DNA of 64,000 bases. Origin: Antedon mediterranea (taxonomy: Eukaryota > Animalia > Echinodermata). Below are positions 14,232 through 28,110 of this stretch, piece by piece. Under the pieces are notes generated by a model, which saw only the letters and a program-made list of their open reading frames with translations, ran no database searches and was not told the DNA's origin. The translations under genes and the position numbers were made by a program. Within the stretch, counting starts at the first letter, position 1; every line of letters begins with the position of its first letter. The DNA lies in NCBI RefSeq assembly GCF_964355755.1, contig NC_092671.1:26052070-26116069 (forward strand). Reading direction: 5' to 3'.

Positions 14232-16748
14232 TCACAATCCAGAAAGGAATAGCACAAAAATATAAAAAACTAAACAAAAAAAATTCTGTTGTAAATGTCA
14301 CCAGTTATCACAAATCAGCATTCACACTTGTTCTGTTTATTAAGCTCTGTCTACACTGTTAAAAAAGTGTGATGTGCCCAAATATGGTATTAAAAAAACA
14401 GTGCTGACTGGGAACAAGTGTGAATGAAGCATTAAAGTGTTGTGAGATACAAGCTGAGATATGACTGAATTTATAATTCAGCAAATTAATTTAGAGCTCA
14501 GTTAACTTATAATATAGACATGAGTTTAAAGCTACTAAGGTTAGTGTTGTGTTGAAATAAAACTTTACTGCCGGTTTGTGATTACTGTCCAACACTGATT
14601 TAGTATTGGGGATCATTTCAAAATTATTTTACTGCAGTTACATATGTACAAGTATGATTACCCAAGAAAATCTTGCTAAATAATTGCATAAACAGGGTAA
14701 CAGAGTAAACCATGTACTTGCAGTAACTGCAGTACAATCATTTGGACAATATTCAATAAAGTAAACTACTGCAAAAACGTCATTTAAAAGTGTCGGTTAT
14801 TATTAGACGTCTGTTACATTGCTTATATTATCTTGTCATTTTTACATAAGGTTTAAACCTGGTCTGAGAGAAAATACAATAAAAGATGGAAATCTAAAAT
14901 AGTATTCTTTTTTATTCAAAGACACTTTGAAAGTGTTAGCAAAAGGTACTAAAAATATATTGGTAAATGAAAAAAAGATCACACTATGCTAAAAATAAAA
15001 TGATAGCATCTGAATCGTGAATATACTGTAACAAGTGTATAAATCTGGATGCTTCATAAGCTTTTTCAAACTTTGTGACAAAAAAAATGTGATGTGCCCA
15101 TATATAGACATAATGATTTTCTATATACATCTAGTCAACTGTTATGTTGTACTGTACTTGTTATATTTCAATTAATATGCTGACAGCCGATAGTGTAGGA
15201 CTGTAAATTACATGCATGGTTGACCATGATGTTGGAAATTGAAGTGACTTATTATGTACACTATGATCATGATGCATACTGTACATGGTGTAAACAGTTA
15301 CAGTATGTCATTTCACTTCTAAGGTTTAAAGTTCTGGCAAATTTGTTTGCATTGTGCCTAAGTCCTTGTGTTACGTATTAGTGGGAACCAAGCTTAGATT
15401 GAAAACCACTGATACTGGGGTCTGTTGCCAACAAATAAATAAAATGTCCTCTATCCACATAAATTGTATTTTTCAATTTATTTTGTATAATTATTTTGAC
15501 ATTTAAAGCATTGTATGATTAAAGTTAATATTATAATTGCACATAAAATGGAAATAATTCTCTATATTTCATACTAAAATAATCGACAGTATTTAATTCA
15601 ATCAAATACGATTGCCGTCACGTCTCCTAACCCAAATATATATATAATGGATATCATACATCTAAACATGTTTATGTTACTCGCAGATTATATTTTAAAA
15701 AGTATAAAGTTAGGCTACATAGTAGCCCTGTCTCGCACCAAGTTGCCTTCCATCCAGATTACTTTTTACTCTAGCACCATTCATAATAAGAAACTTTGAA
15801 AACTCCCAGTATCAACTATTGGCACCACTAGCTTGTAGCATTCTTATAATTTGCAGATAATTGTTGTAATGACTGTACTTATGTTCAATAACAGGAATTT
15901 CCATTCACACTACACGTTTACTTAGAATAGACTTATGTCTGTCTTACTTGGCTTTTACATTGAGAAACAAATAACACTGTACCTGTAATAATGATGGCTG
16001 ACTTTTATAGCACCTAATACATTTTTTCTAAGCATTTTACACACAAAACCAGTCCATGAAATATCCTAAAGCTCTCTACGTCACAAAATGTAATGTGCCC
16101 ATATATGGTCATGATGATGTCATATCACTACCATATTTGGGTATATTACTACCATATTTGGGCACATCACACGTTTTTGTCAAAGCTTAACACCAAAAAT
16201 GTGATGCAGAAGAACCGTTTTCACTACCAGCACTTTGAAGCTCTCAAATGAGAATTCGTCAATTTGATGTATTTACTTTAAACAAGGCAATTATTAATTA
16301 ATACAATTTTAAAACTTTTTAAGAAATATTTTTCAGAATTCCAACTACTACTTGATAATAAATTTACTCAATTATAAAACATTTTCCATAATTTTGACAA
16401 AATAGTTAAAATGCACTACTGTACATGTATACATTATCCTACGTTTTACACTACAATATTTGCAAAGTAGCATGCCTTATATTTCAACCATTACATTTAA
16501 ATGTCATTGGAAATTTAAACATGCGAAACGTTATATAATAGCGACCATTTGTGATGATAGACGAAAGAGATGGTCATATACAAACGATATATCTGCATAG
16601 GTATACAGTATAATTAAGCCAAGTATACACGTTGTTTTCGATTGTATTTGGTAAATTTAATGTTCATCTAGCATCGCAAAAGCTCAATATTTTTAATGAA
16701 AAAATTGGAATTCACATAATTTTGAAATTATCCCTAACTGGAAAGATA

Positions 16749-19700
16749 TTATTTAAAAGCTTGATAAAGACGTTGAACAAAGCTAATTCTTGTTTTAACA
16801 TCTTCCACAGTTGCTGTCAAACCCCAGAACTCAAAACGTTTCTCAACTACTGCTGTCCAAAACAAGCCCCACATACCTAATATTGTTGCGACAGTAAATA
16901 TCAAGTCAACAAAAAATGTTAGAGCACCGAGAACCAAGGCCTTTAATATGTACATAGCAACTAGTAGTAGAATAGCTTGCCAGTAAAAACCTTGTTGTTT
17001 GATGTTTTCTAGCTTCGCTTTTTCCAACACACCAGTCATCTTGTTTAAAACGGTTTGTAACTCTGTGCCTTTTGCCGGATCACTCCCATCTGTTTCTGTA
17101 AGAAATAAAAATACACTAATTATAATTGAAGTAAACTTCCATGGTATGTTTGCCTCTCTCCACCCAGGTGTACAAATGGGTACCTGGTAGGGTCTTAATT
17201 GTTACTAGCTGCAGTATGGTAGCTGAGTATTTGCTTCATATGTGCTTGATCCAATGACCGGGGTAATAACGTAAAGCGGAGAGATTTCGACTATTCATTT
17301 TTATTTTTATTTACCATCTTTTTTAAAGAGACCGTGCACATTCTTAATTATTCATCACTAATAATCGTTAATCACTATACAAGTTTGACATTTTATTTCA
17401 TTAAATAATTCTGTAGTTTGGTTTTAAATTGACGCTCTAGTTAATTACTCTATATAATCTCTTTGGTCAGCAGAGTACTGAGCTTTGAAATTTAATATTT
17501 TTGTGTTGGCTCTTTGGTCTAAAGTTTCCTTCAGGTCAGGTTTGTCAAATTCAAAATAAAAAATAACCTCTTACCATCTTTCGTGACAATGTCCAGAGTG
17601 GCCCTGACTCCTTCATGGTCAGAATAAAATATGTCAAACCCTGGAATCTGTCCCATGGTCAAGCAACAATCACGGCATATGATGTCTTTGCCGTTACCAT
17701 TGTACATGATGTAGTCTATCCGAATGCCCTCTGTTAATTCTTCTTCTTTCTTTTTCATATGGGTGTACAAATTATTTGGTTTGTCACATGTGTTGCCAAG
17801 GTTGCCGTCCTAGATAAAAAGATGGCTATTATATTTCAATTTTATTTTTTTTAAAATACCCCTTTTTTGTTCTCTGGATTTTATGTACGCATAAAACGAC
17901 CATGACGTCATCATTCTTGTTGTTTTGTTTTTACTTTGTTTGCTACAACAATTGTGTGTTTATCAATTATCAATTTTTACCTCTTTATTTGGTCTTTCTT
18001 GCCACGCATCTTTCAAATTTGCGTTTGTTCTTATAATCTGCATGGAGAGGGAGCTCTCCTCTGAGTTGAAATCCCCCATAACTAGGTTAACATCACTTGA
18101 TTGACAAGTCTGCCGAACGAAGCTGCTTAGCTCGTAAGACTGGACAAGACGGTGCGCATAGTATTCATCCTGGTCAATAAAGTTCTCATGGTGAGATGGT
18201 CCATACATTGCTGTCATCTACAAACAAAATAAACCACATTTGTACAACCTTAGGGACACCTTCACCCTTAATAAAGATTGGCTATAATGTCATTACATTA
18301 TTTCCCCCTTGTTCTTTTCACTGGAAAGTGTCCCCTTGATAGGATGAATGGAAATATTATAAAGTAGTATTGTGCAAAAAGTACAAATAGATAAACTGAT
18401 AATACTTACATGTGTAGTATATACATTTATTCTGAGACCATCTATTTCCACTTGGCATAAGCCAACTAGTTTCTTAGCGTACCAATCACAGTGCCGTATC
18501 TTGTGTGGGAAAGCATTGAGAGAGAATGCTTTCTGGGCTGTGTCCAGAATTGGTCCTTTTGAAAATATACATACTCCACTGCCTATGAAGCCACTGTAGA
18601 TAAAAGACAATGGTTAAGGGTGAAAGGTGTTAAACATACCCCAGGGTAAGGCCATGTTCAGACCCATAAATAATTGTTAGAGTTATCTATGCGGTGTATA
18701 CATTTTCATGTCTAAACTAAGCTGAGAATTAGATATTATCTTTGCATCTAGAGCCTGGTATAGAGTATGAACAGACATTCAAGTTGATGTGGCTAGGCTA
18801 CAAAAGATGTTATTTTTCAACATGTTATGTCATGGAATATCAGTTGACATACTAATACTATAGCACCCATGACCAGTGACAATGAAACATCCATTTAAAT
18901 TCTAGGTGACTTTTATGCCATGGATTGATGTCTAACTTGCATTAGATAAGCAAATCTAACACAGCGCTGGTTTAGACATAGCCTGTACAAATAATAAAAA
19001 AAAACACTCTGTAGTGTATTACAATAGAACCTCTATTAAGGGGACACATTCAAGATCCAACAAAGTATCCCCTTGATAGTATCCTCTGAATAGGGATTAG
19101 CCATAGTGTTAAAGACATATCTTGACTCTCTTTTGTTTTCTGAAGTGTCCCCTTGATAGTATCTTCTGAATAGGGATTAGCCATAGTGTTAAAGAAATAT
19201 ATTACATAGCCTATGTAAATACGCAAACGTGATTGGTTGAAACTGCATCACTTACGCTGCGAGGATCGTAAATCGTATATATCCTCGAGAACGATGATAT
19301 TGACTGAGTAATTTTCGCGTAATTATCGTGTCCCTGTCACTAATCATATAAATTCTCGAGTACGATGATACTGACTGTGTAATTTTCGTGTGGCAACACT
19401 CGCATTTGCCGATAAATAAACAAAAGTCATCTACTGGGTCTTGAACTCGCGATGAAATTGTCACTCCATCACAAGACAACGCTTCATGCGCTGCGCCACG
19501 GAACTTGCTTGACGAAATTAGTCATCTAAACTATTTAAACATAGCATACATAGCGCCCTCATTTATTTTTAGTCCTCCCTAGATGTGATGAAACACCGTT
19601 TGTGATTGGTTAATACTCACAGTAGTTACGGGTACGCGCGCGACGCACTGAACATCTGGTTATTCGGCTCGAAAGAAGACGAATTATTATTTATTCGGCC

Positions 19701-22700
19701 TACCTGATAATATTATTATTATTAATGTAGGCTTATTGATGGAAATTCTTCTGTTATTATTTAAACGACCTAGGCTAGTGAATATGTTATTGTCAAGGAA
19801 TCATTAATTAGTAATTATCTGTAGTATATTATTCTTCGAAAGGTAAGGTGTCTGGGCAGCTTATTTACATACAATACAAAAAGGAGGCCTAGCTACCCGA
19901 CCCAGCAGATATTCTTACTTGTTGTTGGCTATGTAATATAACAGATATCGCCTTTTATATCGGTAAAATATAAGATTAGACATCCCCTCGGGAATGATAT
20001 TAAGTTCTTGGGAATTATATATTTCCGTCAGCTGGCGCTTCGGGAAATATATATTCCCTCGAACATAATATCATTCCCTCGGGGATGTCTAACCTTATAT
20101 TTAACCTCTAAGCAGTCAATATCTGTATAATATTGACTCTCTTTTGTTTTCTGAAAGTGTTCCCTTCATAGGGTGTTCCAAATAAGGTGTTCTACTGTAT
20201 ACAATATGCATGACTATAGACAGTACATTAGAATGTCTGGATAATATTTAACAAACCTGTAAAAGTAATGAGAATATGGTAAAACATTCTTTAGTCCTTC
20301 TTGTAGGTCTTTGATATCACTATTAGTAAAAACCTTTAAAAAAAAGTACAGTTGATTACATTACAGTTTATTCAATTCATTTCAAATTTTATTTTCTTGT
20401 ATAGAAATTCTGTTACAGTGCATATACATAAATATAATACTATATAATAGTTATATCCTTTAGTATAATCCCACCCCCACTAAATTGGGGCGACTTTCGG
20501 AGGTGGGACTATACCCAGGGAAACGTAATTCACGAAAAAAAAAAAAATTAATAATCATTTCTTGTAAAAACTCATTTGACCTGGCTAGAGAGATGCCTAC
20601 ATTCAGACCAAAAGTCAAGACTGGGACTATACCCGGGATATGCCTGTTTGTGAAATCAGACATAGTAGGGGCTGGGGTTAGACCAGAAGTGATAAAATGA
20701 AAAAAAAAAACAGTATATCTGTTATAAACTAGAAAGCTAACTTTAAAATTCTCCTACATAGGATTTCTCCGGTAAAAAACAAAATATACTGTATATATCT
20801 GTATGTGTCTTAATGCAAGATTCAAGATTCAAGAAATTTTATTTGTCCATAAAAATGGAAATTCACTTTGCTTGGTAGATTAAAACAACAGTATTGCAAC
20901 AATTTAAAACGTGCAGTATTATAACAGATTAAAAATACAAGATAAAAAGTTAAAAATACTGTTAAAAATGTAAAACTATTAAAAATTGCATTAACGTCTT
21001 ACATTAGAATTAAAAATATGAATGCTATTTACAACGAAGGATTTTCTAGTTCTACAAAGATTTGCTCTTTGAGGTCGTAGCCTAATGCCTGATCTATTTA
21101 AGTTATAACAGTAATGTAACAGATGAGTGGGGTCTTTCATAATATTGTTTACTTTTTTTAGAATACTCTTTTCATAGATAAATGAACAAGGCGTTAGATC
21201 AGCTTTAATAATACGTTGTGCAATTTTACGTGGTCTCTCAATATTTTTCTTATCATTTTCAGTAAAGTTACCATAAAAACATCCAATGCTAAAAGATAAA
21301 ATACTTTGAATAATACTTTGATAAAATAGAATGCTGTTTGTGATTTAGGCTAATTTCACTACAAGCATGTGTATGCGAGTTTGGTGTAATGGTTATGTAA
21401 CAATAGCTAACAATAGAACAGCAAGGCGAAAATCAAACGAGTGAATTTGAAAAGAAATGGGTTTTTTAAAACTACTCGCATCAAAAAACGTGCACATTAA
21501 ATCAAATTATGTTTTAAAATTACAAATCACAAATTTGTGGACAAGTAGTTCTTGAGAAAATGCAATTTCAGTTTACTTATTACTTTAAGACTGCTCGCCG
21601 GCTTTTGAAAAATTCTGTCCTATCTTTTAACACTAGCAGGTCTAAAAAGTATACTAAAAAGTGTTCCAGAATTGGGACCATGGTCCCAAAGGGTCTCAAA
21701 ATTAAATGGAATGGTCATTGACCACATTTCTATCTGTATATTCATTTTGGTAAAGATCTTGTAATTACTTTTTGAGTAATCCTGCTAATAATCAAACAAA
21801 CACACGCTACTGATTACATATACCTCCTTGGCGGAGGTAAAAAAAAACAAACAGGGACAAAGGATTTGCCATCTATTTTGGTTTTCCATTGAAGAATCTT
21901 AATGCAATGGATCATCTGAATTGTCACTATGATTCATCATGTTGTATCTAATACCATTTTTACATCTGCAAAAAGTAACAACTTGTAACCAGGTTCGCAT
22001 AGCGTGAATACAAGTTTGTGGAAAACACCGAGAGGCCTGTCCAAAGTTGTTACTGCGCAAGCATGTACTGACCTGGTATTAAACTGACCAATCATGGTAA
22101 AGAAACAGCACGCAACTACGTTTTCTCATGTATGCGTGTGTGAAAATGTGTAATATGTTGGGAGATTAAACCTGGTTACAACTTGTTACAAGGTGAAAAG
22201 AGTATTAGTGGGAATCAAGTTTATTATAAGCCACTGCATACGGTAAATGTTATATAACGAAAAGTCAAACTGCTCCATGTGGCCAGACTAAATTGTTGAA
22301 CAATTTATTAGTATACAGGTAGTATACAGTAATGTAACTCAAAAAAACCTCTTACCTCTTGAAGTGCAACTATGTCATAATCACCTTTTGCCAGTTCTTG
22401 GATGATCTTCTTGAATCGTATTTCCTTATCCTTTGACAAATAAGGTACACCCCTACAGTATAAAAAGACCATATAGGCATAACAAAATTTCCAACTTACT
22501 TCTATCATCTCATAGCCTACTTCTACTACTGTAGGTACTAGAGGCATATTTTATTTTAAGTTATGACGATGTAGTCACTCAGATCACACTACCTTGGCAA
22601 CGTTTTAAAAACTAAAAAACTATCCATGCGGTGGTGGCAAGAAAATCGTGGCTCTTTAACTAAAGTTTTTAAATTTAGTTAGCTCGGCCTACTATTTTGT

Positions 22701-24542
22701 CGTCCAATTTCTCATCTCTCTTCTCTTCTGTTAAGTTAAAGATGTATTGTCCCTTATAACACAAAAAATGATGGTCAAAATATTCAAATTCGAGCCAAAA
22801 ACAACAAGTTTACTTAATTAACAGAGTAAATTAATTTGATTACATTTCAACTGGAAAATCGTTGCGAGAGAAAGTAAACAAAGATTTCAAACCACGAGTA
22901 TGCATTATGCATGATGCTAATTAGGATTGTTTACAACTCATCACGGTTAAGAAGATTTTCACGCAGATCGCGAGGAATTTTTTATGATTATGCATACAGA
23001 GTAGCCAAACAAGTGTGTTGCATTATGAAATATGTTTTGATTGAAAACTTTGACTTGAAGTCTGTATTTCAGTTAAATGGTTTTTTTTCTAACTATTATA
23101 CCGTACTTCAAAATGTCCCACTTTTTTTTTCGAAATCTTTTTTTGGAATTAGTCAAAGGGACAATACATCTTTAAAATAAACTAGACCTACTAGAGAGAG
23201 GGGCCTTTATCATTGATTGCATTATTTATAAATGTAGACCTAGCCCTATATAGGTGGTTTATGATGATAGCGGTCGTGTTTGAAATTAGTCGCATCTAAT
23301 TTTAGTCACGATAAATTCAACTTCTGGCATTTTGAATAGCTAGAGCTATGATTATTGTTGCATCGGTTTTTATTGACTAATGTTTTGTTTTTTAATAAGT
23401 TTAGTAATATGATCATGTGTGGTTGATTAAAAGGCGAGTTACTGAAAGCATCGGAGCTGCGCCTTCTATGACAGCAAGTAGCCACTTTTTTTGCTGACGG
23501 GAATTCCCCTTTTAAATAAACTTTAGAGTGTGTCAAATCATGGACAAAACATGTACGATCATTTTCCAAGGATGACGTCTTATAATAATCATTTTCTGAA
23601 ACGTACTATCTGCATGTGTGTTTTTTTTTAAATGATCGTATAGATTATGCACTTGTCAATTGTATGACCCACTATACGGCCCCCGGGAGAGGTGCTTCAT
23701 GGGTGCGTCATTTACAAATAATTACTGACACAGGGGTGCGTCAAAAAACCTAGATGGTACGTCACATCAATGAACAAGGTGTGTCAATGTCCGTCACTTT
23801 ACCACCCACCATATTATAAACAACATGGTCACAGTGCGTCAAAATGGGTGCGTCATGGTCACCTAAAGGTAAGTCACCTTTTTGACGCACGGGTGCGTCA
23901 TGGTATTCAAAAGTATGACGCACATCGGACAAATGACGCACCTCTCCCGGGGGTCGTATAGTGGGTCATACAATTGACAAGTGCATTACGTATCCGTCGG
24001 CGATGCCATGGTTTTTAATTTGAGCAATGAGTATTTTTATTTATTTATTAATAATAATCATTTTAATGTAATAAAGGCAATCGTTTAAAACTTGTATACA
24101 GTACATACTGCTGTTGGTAGATCTAAATGTTTTTAGGCCTAAATTATATTGCATCAAAATGTATCATGCTCCATTTAAATTAATCATTAATGCGACCAAA
24201 ATAAAACGCAACCATATAATAAAACGCAACAGACTGATAAAAAGCGTTTCTATCTAGCTAGGCCTAGGCCCTACTACTAGGGCTATGCCAACCAATAGTA
24301 CTAGGCTAGCCTAGGCCGCTTCCTTGCTAGCTAGGCCTAGTACTAGTAGTACAGCTACTGTAGTAGTAAGTAGCTAGCTAGCCTAGGCCTATACTATAGG
24401 CCCTACAATACAGTAACATTAAAGAATATAAAAATCTTCGATTTTTACAATATTTGTTCCTGGATCATAAAATGATCCAAATGATAAATACTAACCAACA
24501 ATTTAACGTTAGCACTTGTAAAGTAGCGTGTTTTCCACTCAT
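16749..24542 (-). CDS. SMPD2: Neutral sphingomyelinase (nSMase1/ISC1 family, EEP fold), 7 exons, 407 aa
   Basis: Exons 24542-24496, 22452-22356, 20333-20257, 18593-18410, 18217-17981, 17809-17575, 17095-16749 (1224 nt, phases consistent). Motifs LTLNCWGVPY, DIVALQEV, SGFIGSGVCIFSK, MGDFN, GIRIDYI and YSDHEGV, plus two C-terminal hydrophobic helices. Confidence 0.93.
17147..17295 (+). mobile_element. CORE-type SINE fragment
   Basis: ttgcctctctccacccaggtgtacaaatgggtacc (CORE-like domain) followed by gatccaatgaccggggtaataacgtaaagcg. Confidence 0.55.
19022..20197. mobile_element. Tc1/pogo (Tigger-like) MITE interrupted by the hairpin element
   Basis: ta|caatagaacct...aggtgttctactg|ta ends and ggggacac/gtgtcccc internal motifs. 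Relatives at ~13915-14030, ~18250-18350, ~58050-58155. Confidence 0.55.
19196..20133. mobile_element. Non-autonomous element with asymmetric inverted repeat and long terminal hairpin (Crypton-like by inference)
   Basis: tatattacatagcc (19198-19211) / ggctatgtaatata (19927-19940), then a ~190-nt imperfect palindrome at 19941-20127. A local duplication at 19101-19150 shows the empty site. Confidence 0.7.
20816..21330 (-). mobile_element. 3' end of a Rex1/Babar-clade LINE
   Basis: Minus strand reads FYQSIIQSILSFSIGCFYGN...KIAQRII...IMKDPTHLLH...RTRKSFVVNSI, with a (tcttgaa)n tail at 20816-20833. Confidence 0.7.
21331..21840 (+). mobile_element. Helentron/HINE-like non-autonomous fragment
   Basis: Ends in hairpin tacctccttggcggaggta preceded by a caaacaaacacac microsatellite. 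The 5' boundary is uncertain. Confidence 0.4.
21949..22207. mobile_element. MITE
   Basis: Inverted ends gtaacaacttgtaaccaggtt / aacctggttacaacttgttac. Confidence 0.5.
23648..23985. mobile_element. PIF/Harbinger-type MITE
   Basis: ~53-bp near-perfect TIRs beginning tgcacttgtcaattgtatgacccactatacg. TTA TSD at 23645-23647 and 23986-23988. Internal repeated gggtgcgtca. Confidence 0.85.
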
Positions 24543-25197
24543 TTTATACCGAGAACTCACACAAACAAACAAACAATCAGAACAGAACAAAACATGTACA
24601 AAAAGATTCGTTCCGGATATATAAGGGTTTTGCTATTTAACAGTACATTCAAGTAACCGATTCGGGACAAATAGCTTGATACAGTAATACCTTATACACC
24701 GTACCAAGAGGCCTAATTTTATGAAATGGCCTAACAACTAAAATCATCATTTTAGCATACAATATTATCTCTCTTGTGTTGATAATGTAAAAATTAAAAT
24801 AACAGTTAGCACTTTTAAATTTCTCATTACTACAATAACTGCGTAACTGCTAGCTGAGTATTGTATTGCGCACTTCTGATACCTCGTACTCATAGGAATA
24901 GTGGTTGTGGAAGTAAATATTTCACAAAATGTCTGCTCCCACGAAGTTGCGTGTGTGAGCACAATTTTAATAAATACAAATATTTTTATATAAGCCGCAT
25001 AAAGGTAGGCCTAGTGTACATTGACATTTGGTAGACTATTTTCCAATCTAGACAAGGTCTAAAGCCAAGTAAGTGGCGTAGACTCTAGCTAGGCATAGGG
25101 CCCTACTAGGTAGTAGGGCTAGGCTAGGAGGCCTACTCGCTAGGCCTCTACTAGCTAGGTAGTAGTAGGCCTAAATAGGCCTAGCCTAGATCCTAGC

Positions 25198-25375
25198 GGG
25201 ATCCAGTCAAGTCGCCCCATCGCAAAGTCGCCCCATACAAAGTCGCCCAATACAAAGTCGCCCAATACAAAGTCGCCCCATCGCAAAGTCGCCCCAAAAC
25301 AAAGTCGCCCCATCGCAAAGTCGCCCCAACGCAAAGTCGCCCAATCGCAAAGTCGCCCCATCGCAAAGTCGCCCA
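25198..25375. repeat. 17-bp tandem repeat, probably a DNA-transposon subterminal array
   Basis: ~10 copies of aagtcgccc(c/a)atcgca after gggatccagtc. No partner end was found in the window. Confidence 0.75.
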
Positions 25376-26600
25376 CGGTTTTATTTCGGTATGATTATGA
25401 AGCGCCGCCGCTAGTAGTACGGGATCCCGTAGTACGCTGTTTTAATCATATCGATTGCGTTGTTACTTTGGTCGCGCTCTAAATGTCGTATAGGCCTACA
25501 TTATAATGTTTATCCTTATATACATAATTTGTGTTTTAATTTTTATTTTACAGGTTTCAATGGAGTGATGTACTTTTTAAAAATCATTAAAAAAATAGTC
25601 CCTTGTTTGAAAGTTCTAAAAAGATTATCCCTGATTTATAGTTTCGAAAATGTTAATTTAATATGATTTTAAAATTAGTTACCAGAGCCACAATTACGAA
25701 TCTTTCTTCAACCTACGCGTGGATACCAGCTCATTTCTTAGGATAATAATTATAATAAATGTATAAATGTGTAGTAGGCCTTCGTATAGATTTACAGTAG
25801 TTATAATGACTTTTCAAAATGAAGAAAAAAAAAAAAAAAAAGGATTTCATCGCCGATATGATTGTTTTACATGCAGGTATTTTAGTAAAATTTAAAACGC
25901 AACATTTTGACCATGGAAAACCATCGTACAGTATCGTGTGCGTGTTTTTTAAAAAGGGGAATCCCCGACGGTCAGCAGAAAGACGTAGCAGCTGTGAGGA
26001 AACAGATACCAGAAGGCGCAGCTCCGATTGGTTTCAGAGAATGTTTCAGATGGCGAGTCGCCTTTTATTCAACAGCACAATGATCATTTTACTGAAGAAA
26101 TTCTTTTCAACCCTTTTGGTTATAGAACATTATTCTAATTATCATGCCTAATAAATATCCTCATATCGGGTGTTTATTTAATTTTAAATTAAACAAGACA
26201 GTGAAGAGGCACGGAATAATACGTACACGGACGTACGACGAATACACACACGCACGTCATCATTTACGACATATAGTGGTGATTATGATGCAATTTTATA
26301 ATGGATATAATGATAGGCCTCCTTCGTAGGTCCTACTCAGCTTGCACGTATGACCTGCCAAATAAAACGCCAATAAGGTAGGCCACCGGCACACAACAGG
26401 ATTCACACACAACAGACAGGGCTATACCACTACACAGAACAGGACAGGGTCTGGGTGGGAATTAAATCAAATTATCTCCGCGTAATATTAAATGATCCAT
26501 ATAAAATCCTTTCTAGCCTTCAGAAACTTTCATCAATGTACCCATGGAGGAAAATTTCCTCCATGATGTACCCAAGTACACATTGTCTAAACGTAACATA

Positions 26601-26955
26601 GCGCATGCGTACCATCTTAGTTGTTGAGTCTTTGAAATTCTGAAATATATGAATATTAAAACGGTGTACGAGTGAGTAGCCAATCGCATGCAGCTGAAAC
26701 TAGTCAACCGGATAATCTATGCACCAAGAATTATTGGTGTCAAACCACGTGACTTTTGCGTGTTTCCCCAGACGGAGTATCCAAACTCAAGTAATACACG
26801 TATGAAACGCCATATGTGCACAAATATTTATATTTTTACTAATATTAAGAAAAAACTCCGTCTGCAGCCCAGACTAGCTGTGTTTATACAACACCCTACA
26901 CACTTACTATGCATGCATGTTTTCACAGAAGAAGATCATTCCCCTAAAAGTAAGC
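26601..26955 (+). promoter_or_regulatory. Candidate AAMP promoter and non-coding first exon
   Basis: NRF1-type gcgcatgcgt (26601-26610), CCAAT (26680-26684), E-box cacgtgac (26746-26753) and a donor gtaagc at 26950. The AAMP ATG exon has an acceptor at 28100-28101, which suggests an upstream UTR exon. Confidence 0.4.
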
Positions 26956-26959
26956 CATA

Positions 26960-27639
26960 CATACATAGATGTTAACTGCCCTGTTATAAACATGAAGATA
27001 AGTCACAGCCAAACGTCTGCCATTCATACATAGATGTTAACTGCCCTGTTATAAACATGAAGATAAGTCACAGCCAAACGTCTGCCATTCATACATAGAT
27101 ATTAACTGTCCTGTTATAAACATGAAGATAAGTCACAGCCAAACGTCTGCCATTCATACATAGATGTTAACTGTCCTGTTATAAACATGAAGATAAGTCA
27201 CAGCGTTCACTATAATATCTCTATGGTCACAGTTAAACGTCTGCCATTCATACATAGATGTTAACTGCCCTGTTATAAACATGAAGATAAGTCACAGCCA
27301 AACGTCTGCCATTCATACATAGATGTTAACTGCCCTGTTATAAACATGAAGATAAGTCACAGCCAAACGTCTGCCATTCATACATACTGTAGATGTTAAC
27401 TGCCCTGTTATAAATATGAAGATAAGTCACAGTCAAACGTCTGCCATTCATACATAGATGTTAACTGCCCTGTTATAAACATGAAGATAAGTCACAGCCA
27501 AACGTCTGCCATTCATACATAGATGTTAACTGCCCTGTTATAAATATGAAGATAAGTCACAGTCAAACGTCTGCCATTCATACATAGATGTTAACTGCCC
27601 TGTTATAAACATGAAGATAAGTCACAGCCAAACGTCTGC
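26960..27639. repeat. 65-bp minisatellite, ~10 copies
   Basis: Unit catacatagatgttaactgccctgttataaacatgaagataagtcacagccaaacgtctgccatt. Confidence 0.95.
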
Positions 27640-28110
27640 TGCTATGTTCTCAACTTGACAGAAGGCAACTTAAACTACTTCAGCTTACCTTTTTCATAAT
27701 ATTTCTGCCTGCATTTTGCCTGCATAACTCTTAAATCGCAAATCTTAATTCTTCACACATTCATGATACTGTAAAAGTGCGCCATTTTGCCTTTTTAAAT
27801 TACTAAATATTAATATTAAAGATTAATTGTCTCCCTGAAAATATTTTGTAAATTTTAATGGAATAAAAAAAAAAAATTCTGTATTTACCTGAAAAAAACT
27901 TTGAACTTGAAGCAAAAAATAATCAAATTGGCTGCCAGCCAATGGGATTTTGGTTTAATTTGACCATTTATTTTGTCATTTTATATGAGAAAACAGTAGT
28001 TTTTTTTTTTTACAGAAGGGATGATAATTTAATGTTCTTCATTTTTTATGTTTTTTTGGGAAAATACATCTTTAATTTAACTGTTCCATTTTTTTATTTA
28101 GAATATTAAA

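Noticed and set aside
20461-20686. Possible MITE (tagtataatcccacccccacta / tagtaggggctggggttagacca)
   Set aside because: The TIR match is too degenerate and there is no clear TSD.
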